A stretch of 64,000 nucleotides of DNA from Antedon mediterranea (lineage: Eukaryota > Animalia > Echinodermata): NCBI RefSeq assembly GCF_964355755.1, contig NC_092677.1, forward strand, positions 28,073,175-28,137,174, given 5' to 3'. Position numbers and translations under genes: made by a program. The notes beneath the pieces are model-generated. The model made no database searches and was not told the origin of the DNA. It saw nothing but the letters and a program-made list of their open reading frames with translations. Position 1 is the stretch's first letter. The number at the start of each line of letters is the position of its first letter. Below, one piece after another: positions 28,001-51,500 of the stretch.

Positions 28001-29608
28001 TATGCATTCCACCACCTCCAAAACCTCCCAATCCTCCAAACCCAAATGGACCACCCCCACCCCCAAATATATGTGAAAATATATCATCCATGTCTCCTAC
28101 AAATAAAAAGAATGCATTTAATAAAATGTAATTGAATATTTTTGTAGCATGTTTGTTACGATAACACAGCTTTCACCACATACATACAGTACATCATTTG
28201 TCCTACATACATTTTTGCAGCCTCAATGAGTGTGACAAAATGTTCGCACATTCAAGTAGTTGAATTATGTAATTATTAAAATAAATGCTTCATATTCATT
28301 TTTTATGTAAGCTAAATTACCTGGTCCGCCATCTGACCCACTTTCTTTAAGTCCTTCCATACCATAGCGGTCATAAATTTCCTTCTTTCTAGGGTCTGTA
28401 AGAACTTCATAAGCGTAGCTAATATCTTTAAACTAATACAAGACAAAAACAAAATAAAAATACAAATTTTGAGGTACAGAACTAGAAATGCTAGAAAACC
28501 TATCTACCAAAACTACACATTATATCATTGGTTAATTTGACAAATTCTTCACCAGTTAAAACTATTGGAAGATTTTTTTTGAAAAATAATAAATGTCTTT
28601 ATTAATATAAGTGTATGTATATGAGTTGATTTGTACCTTTTCACCATCATCAGGATTCTTGTCTGGATGGAACTGTTTAGCAAGTTTACGATATGACTGT
28701 GAAAAAAAACCAAAACAAATAATTTACAAACACTTTCGTTGTTTCTCTGGTGCAGTTTCTACGAAATGTTACTATTTTTAGACACATAAGGAATTCCCAA
28801 CTTAACATTGTATAACAATATAGACCTATTCTATTATAAATTTTTTAGGGAATTGCATCAAATTATTACGACACGTTGCGTTTAATTCAAATAGAAATTT
28901 AATATTGGTGTGCTAATAATATGATATTAATTAATATCATTACTGTATTCTAGTTTGGTCTATACTGATGACTTAAATTGAAAATACAAATAAAAAAATA
29001 GCCAAAAGAAAGACAATACAACAAACAGGTATCTATAGTCTATAGATAGTAGTAGGATATTCCAGCCGCCTAGGTAGTCTACACAAACAGTAGACTTGCT
29101 TAAGTTAAGTAGCCAAACCGGCGAGCCTAGGCCGTTGTTCCCACCCACACACACAGGCCTACTCAGATTTCAGACAAAACGAATGAATAAATGTTTTTAA
29201 AAAGGCATTCAATACAGGCATATAACTATATAAATAAATATATGATAATATGAAACCCCCACATTCTTTTTTTACGCACAATGAAACGGTATTTCATAAC
29301 AAATACTTGTTTTTCACCTAATTTAACACAGCCAAGAAAGTACGGTCAACCCAAGAAAGCAAGATAAGGCATCCACACTCAGCCTCGTCGGTGTTCGCAC
29401 GCCGAACCATGTCCATGACACAAAAGAATTACACACAGATAGAAGGGCCTACATTTTACCCAACGTAATTACGAACCTTTTTTATTTCAGTTTCTGAAGC
29501 GTTTTTTGTTACACCTAATAAATCGTAAAGAGCAGAATCTCCTCCCATTTCTCTACTTCTGCCGTGTGAATGAGGAAAACCACCACCAAAACTACTAAAA
29601 TACGCCAT
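25061..29608 (-). CDS. DNAJA2: DnaJ homolog subfamily A member 2 (class A Hsp40)
   Basis: Exons approx. 29477-29608, 28637-28696, 28321-28432, 27955-28096, 27693-27773, 27200-27333, 26654-26796, 25453-25779, 25061-25252: J-domain with HPD ([23 protein letters not shown]), G/F region, CxxCxGxG zinc-finger repeats, C-terminal Caa[10 protein letters not shown]. Alternative start at 29548 ([13 protein letters not shown]). Confidence 0.92.
25838..25970. mobile_element. Degenerate MITE family A copy, DNAJA2 intron
   Basis: TAAAGCGTGGTTCCAACTA...CTAGTGAGAACTAAA. Confidence 0.7.
26095..26512 (+). mobile_element. 5'-truncated non-LTR retrotransposon (LINE, RTE-like), 3' end of the RT ORF, antisense in a DNAJA2 intron
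   Basis: ORF 26115-26498: [31 protein letters not shown]...[12 protein letters not shown]...[10 protein letters not shown], a typical post-RT C-terminus; uninterrupted. Confidence 0.85.
26845..26992. mobile_element. MITE family B copy, DNAJA2 intron
   Basis: CTCTGTCTACACTATCAAACT...GTTTGATAGTGTAGACAGAGCTTA. Confidence 0.8.
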
Positions 29609-31106
29609 GTTTCCCGATTCGTTCTTTCCAGAATAAAAAACCACCAACCCAAAGACTGTAATAGTGATGCTAGGCGGCGCTATACAATCTTTGATTTCAA
29701 CAACCAACAAAAAAAAACACAAACTCTTGTGAGCTGTTGTTACGACACCCCTTCAACACAATTGACTAGTCCATTTTGTAAAAGCTGTGCCTCACACCAA
29801 AGAATATAATATCACAAGAATGAGTATTCCGCGATTTTTGCATGAGAAATTTGTAACAGAGAGCTCCAGTGAGTGATGCCCGCCCTCATAAGGGCGGATG
29901 TATACATTACTAAATAAGACTTGATTTAATAGACATGATACATGTCACATTAAATAGAATTATGAAGATAGTTTTTGCAATTGTAAACTATTTTATAATA
30001 CATATTTATTAACAAACTAGTGTTTATTCACTTTTACAGACAATTATTTACTAACATGCTAAGTTAGTTCACAAAAAAGGCCTAACACAGCAACACCAAA
30101 AATCAACGAATATTACTCAGCACGGCCTATTCTTTACCATTGCCGTGTACTACTGTACGCCCGGTAAATTAAGTATTGTTTTTATGATATAAATTAGTAT
30201 AAAACACATGTTATTAATAGGAGAAAATGTTAAATGTCATTAACATTTATTTGTTTTACCAGAAACAAGTTAAATATAGGAATATTATTAAACTATCCTT
30301 CGTGAAAACGCGTAAACAGCAACACGCCCGGTCACGCTATCGTAGCGCCCGGTTGATAAAGCAAACTGTTTATACGGCAGTTTTTACTAAATAAATTGCA
30401 TAAAACGAACAATTAAATATCCAAATAGTATTTAACATGATGTTGGCATGTAGTTGATACAATTTTTTATCATGAAAATACTACCGGTGGTCCAGCCTTT
30501 GATTAGTGAAACCGTCACAAAAAGTTGTATACGTCCCAGATACATTCACACTTATGGCGGCGCCCTACCACATGGACAATATTACTGTTACAGTGAAAAT
30601 CGCGGATTACTCATTCTTGTGATATATATTCTTTGCTCACACACAGCATGCAGCAGCCAGAATGTAGCAACAAAGTGTCGTGCAATTGCACCTGAAAGCC
30701 TTTAAATTGTGTTGTTTTAACAAAAATTCAGTTTAATATTCAGGTTGTTTTGCATATTATTTTAGTGGTACGTGAGCTAGCTTAGCAGCTGAGTAGGTCT
30801 ATAATTAGGAAATACAGTAAATAAAATTGCCATGCTTGGTTTTGGTTCATTAGTTTGTGTATGATGATTGATGATTGGTTGGTGGTGTGTTGTTTTGTAC
30901 GCCGGGTATAGAACGCTCAAATTCATGAAAGGCCACCAAGGACAAATTCTGTTCAAATAAATATGTTATTCTATTATTAAACCAGAGAAGAGTGAAATAA
31001 AGGAATAATAAGTAAAAATTTGAATGAGGAACAGAAGATTAAACAAAATAGTATCTATTTTGTTTAATAAATAATGTTTATTAAATAATATACACAGGTA
31101 TTTTAA

Positions 31107-34100
31107 ATGGATATCTTAAAAGGATATGAAAGTAGTGACGATTGTAATAATGAAGAAACGAGTGATGATGGGAATGCCTTGAACACAAGTGTCAGTGTCG
31201 CTGAACGATGTGCGAAGGAAGTTGCCAAGGAACAACAAGTTGATTTCTTTTCACTTTCTTCAAGTGATTTCAATTTTCAAAACAATTCAAGTTCACTTCA
31301 AAGTCCAGAAAATAATTATGCATTTGAGTTAAGCAGAAACACAGAACCATCTTCTTCACAAACATACAAAATAGAACCTTTTGAGCATCGTGCACCACAA
31401 ATACAAGATACTGCTGCTGTAGTTGATACTCAACAATATTTTATATCTCATAATAAACACAGAATAAAATCTAAAAGACATAGCGAGTGGAAGAGACAAA
31501 ATGCAAGGCCATACATGCAGCTGCCAAAACAACAAGATCTTCAGCCGTATGTGTCAAATAAACAAAAACAAACGTTTGTTTTGGACCATAAACATATTGC
31601 TAAGAAACCGATTGGTTCAGATATATTTTCAACACCGACTCTTATCGCTGCAAACAGTGACAAACAATACTCAAAATTACCAAAATGTATATACATGATG
31701 TTAAATGAAGCACATGCGAAGTCAGTAACACACGTCAGGTGGAATATCCCAATGTACAGTCATCTACTCCTCACTAGCTCATTTGATAACAGTGTAAAGA
31801 TTTGGGATTTTGTGGATTTTAACACATGCATTTCAACAATTGAATCGCATACAAATGGAGTGAAGGACGCCAAGTGGAGCATGTGTGGACGTCAGATTCT
31901 TAGTGGTGGTTTTGACAAATCTGTTAAAGTACACGATTTACAAACAGGTAATGGTACATAATTCAATTATACAAAACTGAATAATAAAATATATATATAA
32001 TATTGTACCTGTATTGTTAGACTTGCACTGATGAAGGGCTAGTGTTCCCCGAAAGCTCCGCTACTTTTTCTGGCTGTTTTACTTTATCAAGAAGAATTTC
32101 TGTTGTTATTTTATGATGATGATGGACAAATAAAGCATTTCAGTATTTAGTATTTTATTTTTTTATCTCTATTGAGATCCAGCCACTGATTGTGTCATTT
32201 TATTCAATAATTTGCCTTTGAATTTATACCTCTATTGTTAGTTTTATCTTATAGGGTATTTATTTATACTGATACTTGTCTCTAAGCACCAGAGCACTAT
32301 TCCAGAACTTTTTGTTTTAAATTTTGAAGGTAAATGTTTAGAAAGTTTCCAGACATCATCCAGCATCACATGTCTTCAGTACCATCCCACTGAACCAACA
32401 CTATTCTTGGCAGGAACTTATGGTTCTACAATTTACTGCTTTGACACCACCAGCGGAAAGGTAAAGATTGGCAGAAGTTGGTGGAAACACCTATTAGTCT
32501 TCCCACCAGCCTAATTTCAACTTTAAGCTCTGTCTACACTATCAAATTTTATGATAATATCATAGCACTACCCTATTTAGGCACATCACACTTTTTTGTC
32601 TAACTGGTTTGATAGTGTAGACAGAGCTTTACACACCCAATAAACTTCTGGGTAGTTTTGTTTTCCCATCCAACCAGTTCACGTTTTTGAAACCCACCCC
32701 TTTTCCTCTTTACAGTAGGTGCATTCCTGATATCTACAGTATAATGAATGAGGTGCCATTTTATTCCTGTCCTTTCTCTTATCATAGGTGGTCAATGAAT
32801 ACAAAGGGAACTTTGGAGAGATACTGGACACTGCGTTTCTTTCTAATGGTTCAGAATTTGCTTCATCTAGTAGTATTGTTGGAAGAGACACTGCAAATCG
32901 TACTTTGATGGTCTGGGATTTCAGGGCTGCTGCAGTTGTTTCAAATCAGTTATATCATGTAAGACGTTTTCCATGTAGATTTAATTAAATATTTTATAAA
33001 AAAGGGCATATATCAGGGTGGTGTGCATGCTTTTAACAGTTTTCAAAAACATGGGACCACAAGACAGGCTCGATGAAGAGCATACTTTAGGAGCAAATAG
33101 TAAAATATAGTGAAACCTTGCTTGTAACATGGTAACAGAAATTCGTGTTTCATCTGCCTTTAACTTTGTACAGTACAGTATATATTTATTACTTTATAAT
33201 CTGGAAATGTATGTTATTGTACAGCTTTAATAATCATTTTCCTTTTGTTTCAGGAGAAGTACACATGTCCTAGTTTGAAAGTCCATCCTACGGAGAATGT
33301 GTTTCTGGCACAATCCAATGCTAACTACATTGCAATATTTTCAAGTAAAAGACCATACAAGCTTAACAAATTCAAGAGATATGAAAGTCACAAGGTACAG
33401 TGAGTATGTATGTAAGGTTGAATGCTTATAGGCCTAGCTGCATGGTAAACACATTATCATAGCCCAGTGGCGGATCCAGGATTTTGAAATAGGGGCCTCA
33501 AAGTAGTGAAATGAAGTCCTGAATTTAATGTCCTATCCTTTGCATTACAATTTGTGAAATTTAGAGGGGTCCTGGGCTGACTGACCCCCCCTTGAATCCA
33601 CCCTGGACAGCCTTGGGTCCTGGGCTGACTGACCCCCCTTGAATCCACCCTGGACAGCCTTGGGTCCTGGGCTGACTGACCCCCCTTGAATCCACCCTGG
33701 ACAGCCTTGGGTCCTGGGCTGACTGACCCCCCTTGAATCTACCCTGGACAGCCTTGGGTCCTGGGCTGACTGACCCCCCTTGAATCCACCCTGGACAGCC
33801 TTGGGTCCTGGGCTGACTGACCCCCTTGAATCCACCCTGGACAGCCTTGGGTCCTGGGCTGACTGACCCCCCTTGAATCCACCCTGGACAGCCTTGGGTC
33901 CTGGGCTGACTGACCCCCCTTGAATCCACCCTGGACAGCCTTGGGTCCTGGGCTGACTGACCCCCCTTGAATCCACCCTGGACAGCCTTGGGTCCTGGGC
34001 TGACTGACCCCCCTTGAATCCACCCTGGACAGCCTTGGGTCCTGGGCTGACTGACCCCTCTTGAATCCACCCTGGACAGCCTTGGGTCCTGGGCTGACTG

Positions 34101-34629
34101 AGTCCCCTTGAATCCACCCTGGACAGCCTTGGGTCCTGGGCTGACTGAACCCCCTTGAATCCACCATGGACAGCCTTGGGTCCTGGGCTGACTGACCCCC
34201 CTTGAATCCACCCTGGACAGCCTTAACTATAGGATTTCTGTGTTGTGGAGTGGGTGTATCAATTTAAAGTGGTTGTTTTATGTATAGCGTTTGGTCTTAC
34301 ACAATGTAATAGGTCCCACTGTATATACACTACAGCTTTGATTCAGAAGAAAATGAGTGTACAAGAATCACAAAATGTTTTTGTTTATTTTTCATTTTTC
34401 ATAGATAGAAGGCTATCCAATTGGATTTGATTATTCAGCTGATGGCAACGCAATAGCAAGTGGTAGCAGTGATGGCTGTGTATATTTCTACAATTACAAA
34501 ACCTCAAAACTTATAAAGAAAATGTTATGTTATAAAGATGATGTATGTATTGATGTGGCTTATCACCCTGTCTTACCAGGAGTAGTGGCTACATGCTCAT
34601 GGGCTGGTAAATTAAGTGTCTGGCAATAA
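31107..34629 (+). CDS. WDR25: WD repeat-containing protein 25 (CDC40/Prp17-related)
   Basis: Exons 31107-31947, 32330-32460, 32788-32958, 33254-33394, 34405-34629; MDILKGYESSDD start, WD40 repeats (HLLLTSSFDNSVKIWD, ILSGGFDKS, ANRTLMVWDFR, EKYTCPSLKVHP, FLAQSNANYIAIFS, PYKLNKFKRYESHK, VVATCSWAGKLSVWQ*). Confidence 0.88.
32524..32631. mobile_element. MITE family B short copy, WDR25 intron 2
   Basis: TAAGCTCTGTCTACACTATCAAA...TTTGATAGTGTAGACAGAGCTTTA. Confidence 0.8.
33567..34224. repeat. 47-bp minisatellite x~14, WDR25 intron 4
   Basis: Unit GGGTCCTGGGCTGACTGACCCCCCTTGAATCCACCCTGGACAGCCTT; explains repetitive ORFs 33457-34211. Confidence 0.97.
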
Positions 34630-34837
34630 ATAAGTACAGACTTAAGCATCAACTTAAATGAAGAGATTTATTGGGACTGTAATAGAGACAGTTGCAATAA
34701 ATAAGTACAGATTTACAACAAGCATGAACTTAAATGAAGAGATTTATTTGGACTGTAACAGTAACGGGGTTTACTCTTGAATAAGAGCAATGCTAGAAAG
34801 AAGTTTCATATGTGAACATTATATTAAACAACATTAA

Positions 34838-44535
<9,698 letters not shown>

Positions 44536-44584
44536 CTTTTACAGTTCTTGTGTGTGCTGTTTGTTTGTTCGTTGGTTTTGACTA

Positions 44585-44598
44585 CCAACAGAGGGCGC
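44585..44598 (+). promoter_or_regulatory. CTCF-like motif ~50 bp upstream of the PSMC1 ATG
   Basis: CCAACAGAGGGCGC is close to the CTCF core CCASYAGRKGGCRS; motif match only. Confidence 0.3.
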
Positions 44599-45584
44599 GA
44601 CTATATTTTATGCCAACCTTAAAATACGGTGATACTCTAAAAAAATAAATTAATTCTCCCCTTTGAATACAATAAAACGAAAACATTGTACGGTATTTAG
44701 ACATTTGAAGTATGAATAGAAGATAGTATTGCTCAAATATCATCTTTGTTTAGTTTATTCAATAATAGATAATTGTAAGAGCCATGAACAAAAAAATTCT
44801 TAAAATAGAAAACAAGAGATGAAAAACCGTTAAATATATTTTATTTTTAACATATAATACAAAAATATTATATATTAATTATGTTTTGCATATTTTTTCT
44901 AATGTGTTAATACATTTTAAAACGTCACATTAGAACATTACTCAAACATGAACAATATTTAATTTAAAGATTACAAACTACCATCTAGATATAGAATTAA
45001 AATTAAACTTTTATCATTTTACTATATCATTATTATTTATAGTTAAAAGGAATATATTATTTAATCTAAATTTATTTTTTAATTTTTAGTTATTCAAATT
45101 AAAAACTCTCTTACAGTTTACAAAGTGAAACAAGGTATGCTTGTCATGGGTGCTGTATCACCCCGTTTTTGTGGACTGAATAAAGCCAACTTCCCTTAAT
45201 TATACTTACTAATTAATACTGGCATTTATCTTCTACATCATATAATTTATTTTGCCATTTAAACTTACAACACAACATTAAATACTCTGAGAAATTTACC
45301 CAGAAAAATGATTTTTGTTGAAGACACAAGGAGTCAAAGGTCAAGTGCAATAACACATAAGCACCCCCAAGCACCCAACTTGCATAGACAATTAATGTCA
45401 AACCAACTGTTTTTAAAATGCTGCTATATTTGCAACCAACCAAAACATATAAGAAAAAAGTACATACTTTTAATTATTTGATAACCTTAATTTTCCAGCA
45501 CATTTTTTGGTAAATTTTAAGATAATTTTCATTTTTATAAAAATATTAGAAATACCCGATAATAATATATATTGCTAAAGTTTA

Positions 45585-48500
45585 TCAACGCATCTTGAAC
45601 GGACCATGATGACGCTGGACAATCCAAATATCATCCATAACTTGACCGTTAACTGACAGAATTTGTTGCCATTGTAGATGTGTGGCATTGGCTATCATTA
45701 GCTTGCCATAGCTGTACAAACCAGGCAACCAGGCACGGAACGCTGACCAACTCTCTATGAGATAATAATGTAATAAGAATACTGTTAATGTGACAGTGAT
45801 GTAGGTAGTACTGTAGCTAGAAACATCTATGAATTGAGGGAGTCAAAACCTTTTGGTGTGGTCAGTTGGAAAAAATAAGACTTCAATCCATCTGTCATTC
45901 CGTTTGTCCCTCTCCCTGCCCCCTTCCTCTCTCCAATTGAGATAATATATCTCTATGCTCCATCCATGGATGAAATGTTTTTTGTTTCATTAAATAATCA
46001 AAATCAGTACATATATATTTATTCATCCCTCATGGGACAATTAAAAAGAGAAGGATTACATTAGCTTATCAAATATAAAACTCTTAAGAATTATAAAGTT
46101 CATGAAATACTTACTAATTGGTCCTAACATTGGATTAATACAGATTTTATTGAATTCATTACAGCCAGCTGCACCTGTGATGATGTGTACAGGAGCTTGT
46201 GGATCTGTGTAATCCTTAGAATACACTTCATTGTTGAATATAGGATAAAGACGCTCATACGAGTGCTCATGGCCCTGGAAGATCACATCCACACCTTGCG
46301 TATGAAAAAGCTCTTCCAAACTAAAAAAAAACAAGATGTTTGTAAATTGTTTAATAAAAGATTAGTAGAAATTAGCAATGTTATCACCACTGTGACTTTA
46401 CTTTGAGCAAACAGCCTGTTTGCTGCCCTCTGTAATGTTAACACCATTCATATAGTAACTGAACGTATCATCTACTACCTCTCTACACAACAAATATAAT
46501 TATACTGCCCTCATAATTGTAAACAATTCATCGCTATCAAAGATCAAGAGATAGACTATACTTTTGTAAGATTAAGTACATGTGTGTCCACATACACAAA
46601 ACAAATTTGATATTGCTACTCTCTCTGTCCTTGTTTTTCATGTATTTTTCTTCTTTATAATGGATATGATAATTATGTGAAAAAAAAAATAATTACTTAC
46701 TTATTTAACAATAAATTAGCAAGTGTACAGGAACACAAAACAAAGTGTATATTTAAATTTCAATTGAAAAGTAACAATTAAAAGAAGGTTGTTTGCACCC
46801 CCAAACTGTTTTTTATAAAAAACAGCAGTCTAATAGTCGATTGAAGGTCTGACATGATGAGTAATACTGAGTGCGGTTAGCAGTTAATGGGGGAAGCACT
46901 AAGAAAGTGATGAAAGTTCAGGAAACACCAGTGACACGCTAAACATGTAAAAATCACACAGACAAGTTGAACAAAAAAGAAGAAATTTCTTAATTTTAGA
47001 TCGCAAGTTCAATACCCTTTGAAAGTAGATTATCAAATCCAAGGATGAATTTAAGTAAAGACTTAATATTTTGAAGGCTATTCCATGTTCAATGCCTAGA
47101 CATCTTATAAATCTATTGCTTTTATTTGTAATATCATATAATGGTTGATATGAGAGCTATATTTATATTTTGGTTTTAAAGATCAAGGTCAGTGAATGGT
47201 CAGTGAAATCCCTATGGGTCAGTGAAATCCCTATGGGTCAGTGAAATCCCTATGGGTCAGTTGGCTTTAGAAACTATTGCGTTTGAGAATGATCTGTAGG
47301 AACTTTTTCTGTAGTAAATTTTATTTGAACTACAAAATAAATTTAATTTTTATTTCAAATTAAAATGGCCATCAATCAATGAATATTGTTCCAAAATGTC
47401 TGTGTATTCATTTCTTTTACCATGTGGTTTGGCTTTGATATTGTATTGAATAAAATCAGCCTTGATTTAAAATATAAATTGGATCAGAAAATCACGCCAT
47501 TTTACAATTTGGCTTAAATGCAAACTATCAGTCAAAAACTTTATTTTGGCAATGAATCAATTACAATGGTTGTAGACCTTATGTGGTACATCATGCCATG
47601 GTGGTACTTAGTAGGTCTCTATCCACTTTTATCACGGTAGGACATTTCCTATCAATCTTAAAGGTCTTTAAGAATCTAAATATTTTCTAATAATTTTAAT
47701 TTTCTTTTAGGGTTGCACGTCAACACAAGATTTTGTAATAATCTTTCTGGGCATTTGGTTTAATTCACAGCTAATTAATACAAGTATTATAAAGCAAAAT
47801 TAAAAATAAAATAACATTGCCACGAATCTTATCATTTCACTACTGGCGACAAACGGGGCTGTGTGATTGTTGTTGCGTGCGAACGTAAAAATTAGAAAGG
47901 AAATAATTGACAGACAATTTAAAACAAACATCACACTTGCAGACTTGTACAGTCAGGCAAGTTGGTTCTCTCTTGTCCACACTGACAGCTGACAATTTAA
48001 AAGAAGCTAAAAATACAGTATAAGTTCTGCTAAAGATGCATTAAGCTCTGTGTACACTATCAAACTCGTTTCACAAAAAAGTGTGATGTGCCCAAATATG
48101 GTAGTGATATGACATCATCATGTCCATATATGAGCACATCACATTTTTTTGTCACATAAAGTTTGATAGTGTAGACAAGGCTTTAGAACTGCAAATTAGT
48201 CCTCTTAGTCTTAGAGGCTTGGCTAAATTACAGTAACAATTTATTAAAATTTTCAATGCGGACAAGGTTTTAGTGATACTGACATCATATTCAAGATGGA
48301 ACTTTCAGTTCAAGATAAGATTCGACACAAATTAAAGTCAAAGACGTCTATCAACCTAGAATTGAATTACCTCAATCAAGCCAATGAACTCTTTACAAAA
48401 GCAACAGATTGTAGATAGGTGTAATACAGAAAGATAGTGATATTTACATTCATTCTAATGGGACTAAAATCAACATTTTTAAGCCAATTACTTAACTGGT

Positions 48501-51500
48501 AGTAACATTTAATACTCTGTAAATCTACCAAACTATCAATGATCAAAACACACATCTATATTGAAGTCTTTTTATGGAAGAGATTTAAAAATAGATGGTA
48601 GACTGGAAGGTGGATTGCCTTGGTATAACTTACATCAGATAATGGGAATGCATTCAACCAAACTCCTTAGATAAAATGTTCTTTTAAATTTATCTTTACT
48701 AAATGCATTCACCGTAAAAAAACTATGAAATGTTTTAAATCAGGAAATCGTGGGAAAGTAACTGTTCAGGACAAATCTCAAATCTCTTACACACCCACGC
48801 CAAAAAATAAATTCAACAAAATGACAATTCTACTTAATAATGAATGTAAATAGAATTAATCAGTGAGAATTGGGAATTGATAAATGACTATTTCCAATTT
48901 AAAGCTAAATTTAAATCTCAGATTATGTGATTTAAGATGAAAGATAACCAATTTTAAGACTAACAACATTGTAATGTGCTTAGTCTTCATCTTGGGAAAT
49001 CATTCAGTTATTACATTATTTATGTATTCCATAATCTAATTCTAATAATAAACATTAATGTCAATGTACACATACAACATCAAATCCTCATCATTCTTAT
49101 TTCATGTAAAAATCATCAATAAGTTTTGCCTGCTGTTGATGATGTGAACAGTTTTAACATTAATAGAATCCTTCACATTATATTTGCCGTGCCATACATC
49201 ATCATACTCAATCAGGAAGGCACACAAACGAAAGCTATCCTACCTCTTTTTTTAATTTGCACTTCATTAATATTTTTTTACTATGGTTCTGTTGATTGTT
49301 TAGCGCTTTAAGGCATTTTTCGATATATTAAATTGAACTTAAGAGTGGAGTTGTGGTTATGATGTTTGGCTACTAATCCAAGGGTCCTGGGTGTCAGAAA
49401 TTTTTCTAATGACAAATTACAACTGCACTCCCAAATACTTGTAATAAGACTTATCCTTGGCAATTTGCTTAAATATATAAAACAAATAAAAACTTTATTT
49501 ATTTATACATACCTTTGGCGAACTCTGGAGAACGTATGTGTGCAGTCGTCCCCGTCTGAGTTTGAGCAGTACATTGGACGATGACCCAACGCAATGACCC
49601 ACGGTTGTTTGTCTCTGTTCTTATTAGCTTTAATTAGGTCAGCTTGTAACCACTGATATTGTGTATAGTCTGGACCGTAAGTAAAAAATACTTCTGTTGA
49701 ATAGCTGAAAAATGAAGTATTAGGAATACTTGGTACAATGGAACGACAAGACGCTATACCAACATATTTATCATTTTTTTAAATTAGAGAACTTACTGTG
49801 GCATTTTGGCAACAACATTCACTGTAAATTATTCTCAAGAATATTCCTACCATACCCAGTTAGATCAAGAAACAACTTTGCGCTGATTACTAGCTACATT
49901 ATGGGAGTATGTTTCCATACGCGTTTGATAAAAAAAATGACCGAGGTAATAATGTGCTATGTAAAGCGCCTTTGAGCATGATTATTCATGAAAAGGGTGC
50001 TATAGAAATGTAGTAATTGTAATTACCCTAACTGCTTATCACTAGATAGTGTGGCGCATCATACCTGAATATAAATTAGTCAGTACAACGTAGAAATAGA
50101 CAAACTGTTTATTGTGTCTACAGTACCTGCATCTTCACTTGTGGGTACTCACATGATAAAATGAACATTTCCCATGTTAAAACTGTACCACATCTTATCA
50201 ATAGGAATTGGCCAATCAGTATTAGGAGTTGAAAATCGGTAACGGTAATGACTAAATTCGTTTGCAATTTCTGAAACAAAATATAAAAAATCAAAAGTAA
50301 ACAGATTAAAATGCCAACATACTGGTACTATATTTGTTTTAGTGACAATACGGATCTATCAACACAATAACATAGATTTCAAAGTGAATAATCATACTAG
50401 TTTAATCAGGGAAGAGTTAAATTACATGGAAAACTCACGGACCTTACATCAAACGTTACAACGCGCGGCACCGCCGATTCGATTACATAATCAACGGATG
50501 TTCGCTCAAGACGAAGTAATTGCTTTGCGCATGCCCAGAAGCGATTGTTTTCCGGTCGGTGACCGCATGCAACAACACACTACTGATGACGTCTTCGTCG
50601 AACCGCCCCCCTTGGTAACCTGACGCATTAAACTTTTTCGATATATATCGCGACGTAGTCGTCCAATTTGTATTTTCCGTTTTTAGAAAATTTCCGTACG
50701 CACATTTCAAGTATATGTAATAGGCTAGGCCTACTTGCTACACCAGGTCCTACTTCAATCTAGGGCTAGTAGGCCTAGGCCCTAGCTAGTAAGAATGTAA
50801 TTGGCACTCCTAGCTAGGCTGGCCCTAGTAGGCTAGCCTAGTTACTTTATTTAGCCTAAAATAGGCCCTACTCAACTACTACTAGGCTAGGCGCGCGGCC
50901 TACAATCTTCTCTTCTGGCTAGCTACCTAGGCCTATTTCGAATTGATATGCTTACCAAACTAAGTTAGCCTGATCCTGTTTTAACAATAAGAGTGTATTT
51001 GTAGGCTACTCGGCCATTAAAAGTATCTCCTGTGCGCGCCAGTTGCATGTACCGGTAGCCTACCTAGGTCTAGGGCCAGGCCCAGAGTTCTTCCCTGCCT
51101 GAAAATAATTCTGCATTGTATTATTATCAGTTTTACATAATAAAAATTAAGAGATCCAAATTAATAAAACATATTTCTTATTTTTTTAGGATCATTGTGT
51201 GAATACTATAGTATAATAACAATAAATACAAGTGAAATGGATGTTGGTGAGGCCATGGAGCTTTTAGAGATAATTGATGTGTTCGATAATGAGTGGACAG
51301 ATTATGATTTTATGTGAACTGTATTGTGCTGGGAGATCAAAAGTATAGAAGAAACTAATTCTTTCCTATAGACTACACCAATGACTGGTTGAAGTGACGT
51401 TCAAGGGGGAGGGGGTGCTTTTCACATAAAAGATGATGTGTATTAATTTGTTTTTTAGAAACTTAGATTTAGAAATGGAGAGGTTTTTGTCGCTAAAGGG

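Noticed and set aside
33457-34211. Gly/Pro/Gln-rich ORFs up to 216 aa
   Set aside because: Translations of the 47-bp minisatellite in three frames; intronic.
48250-48830. A-rich stretch that might be a decayed LINE C-terminus
   Set aside because: No continuous frame or diagnostic motif could be recovered by eye.
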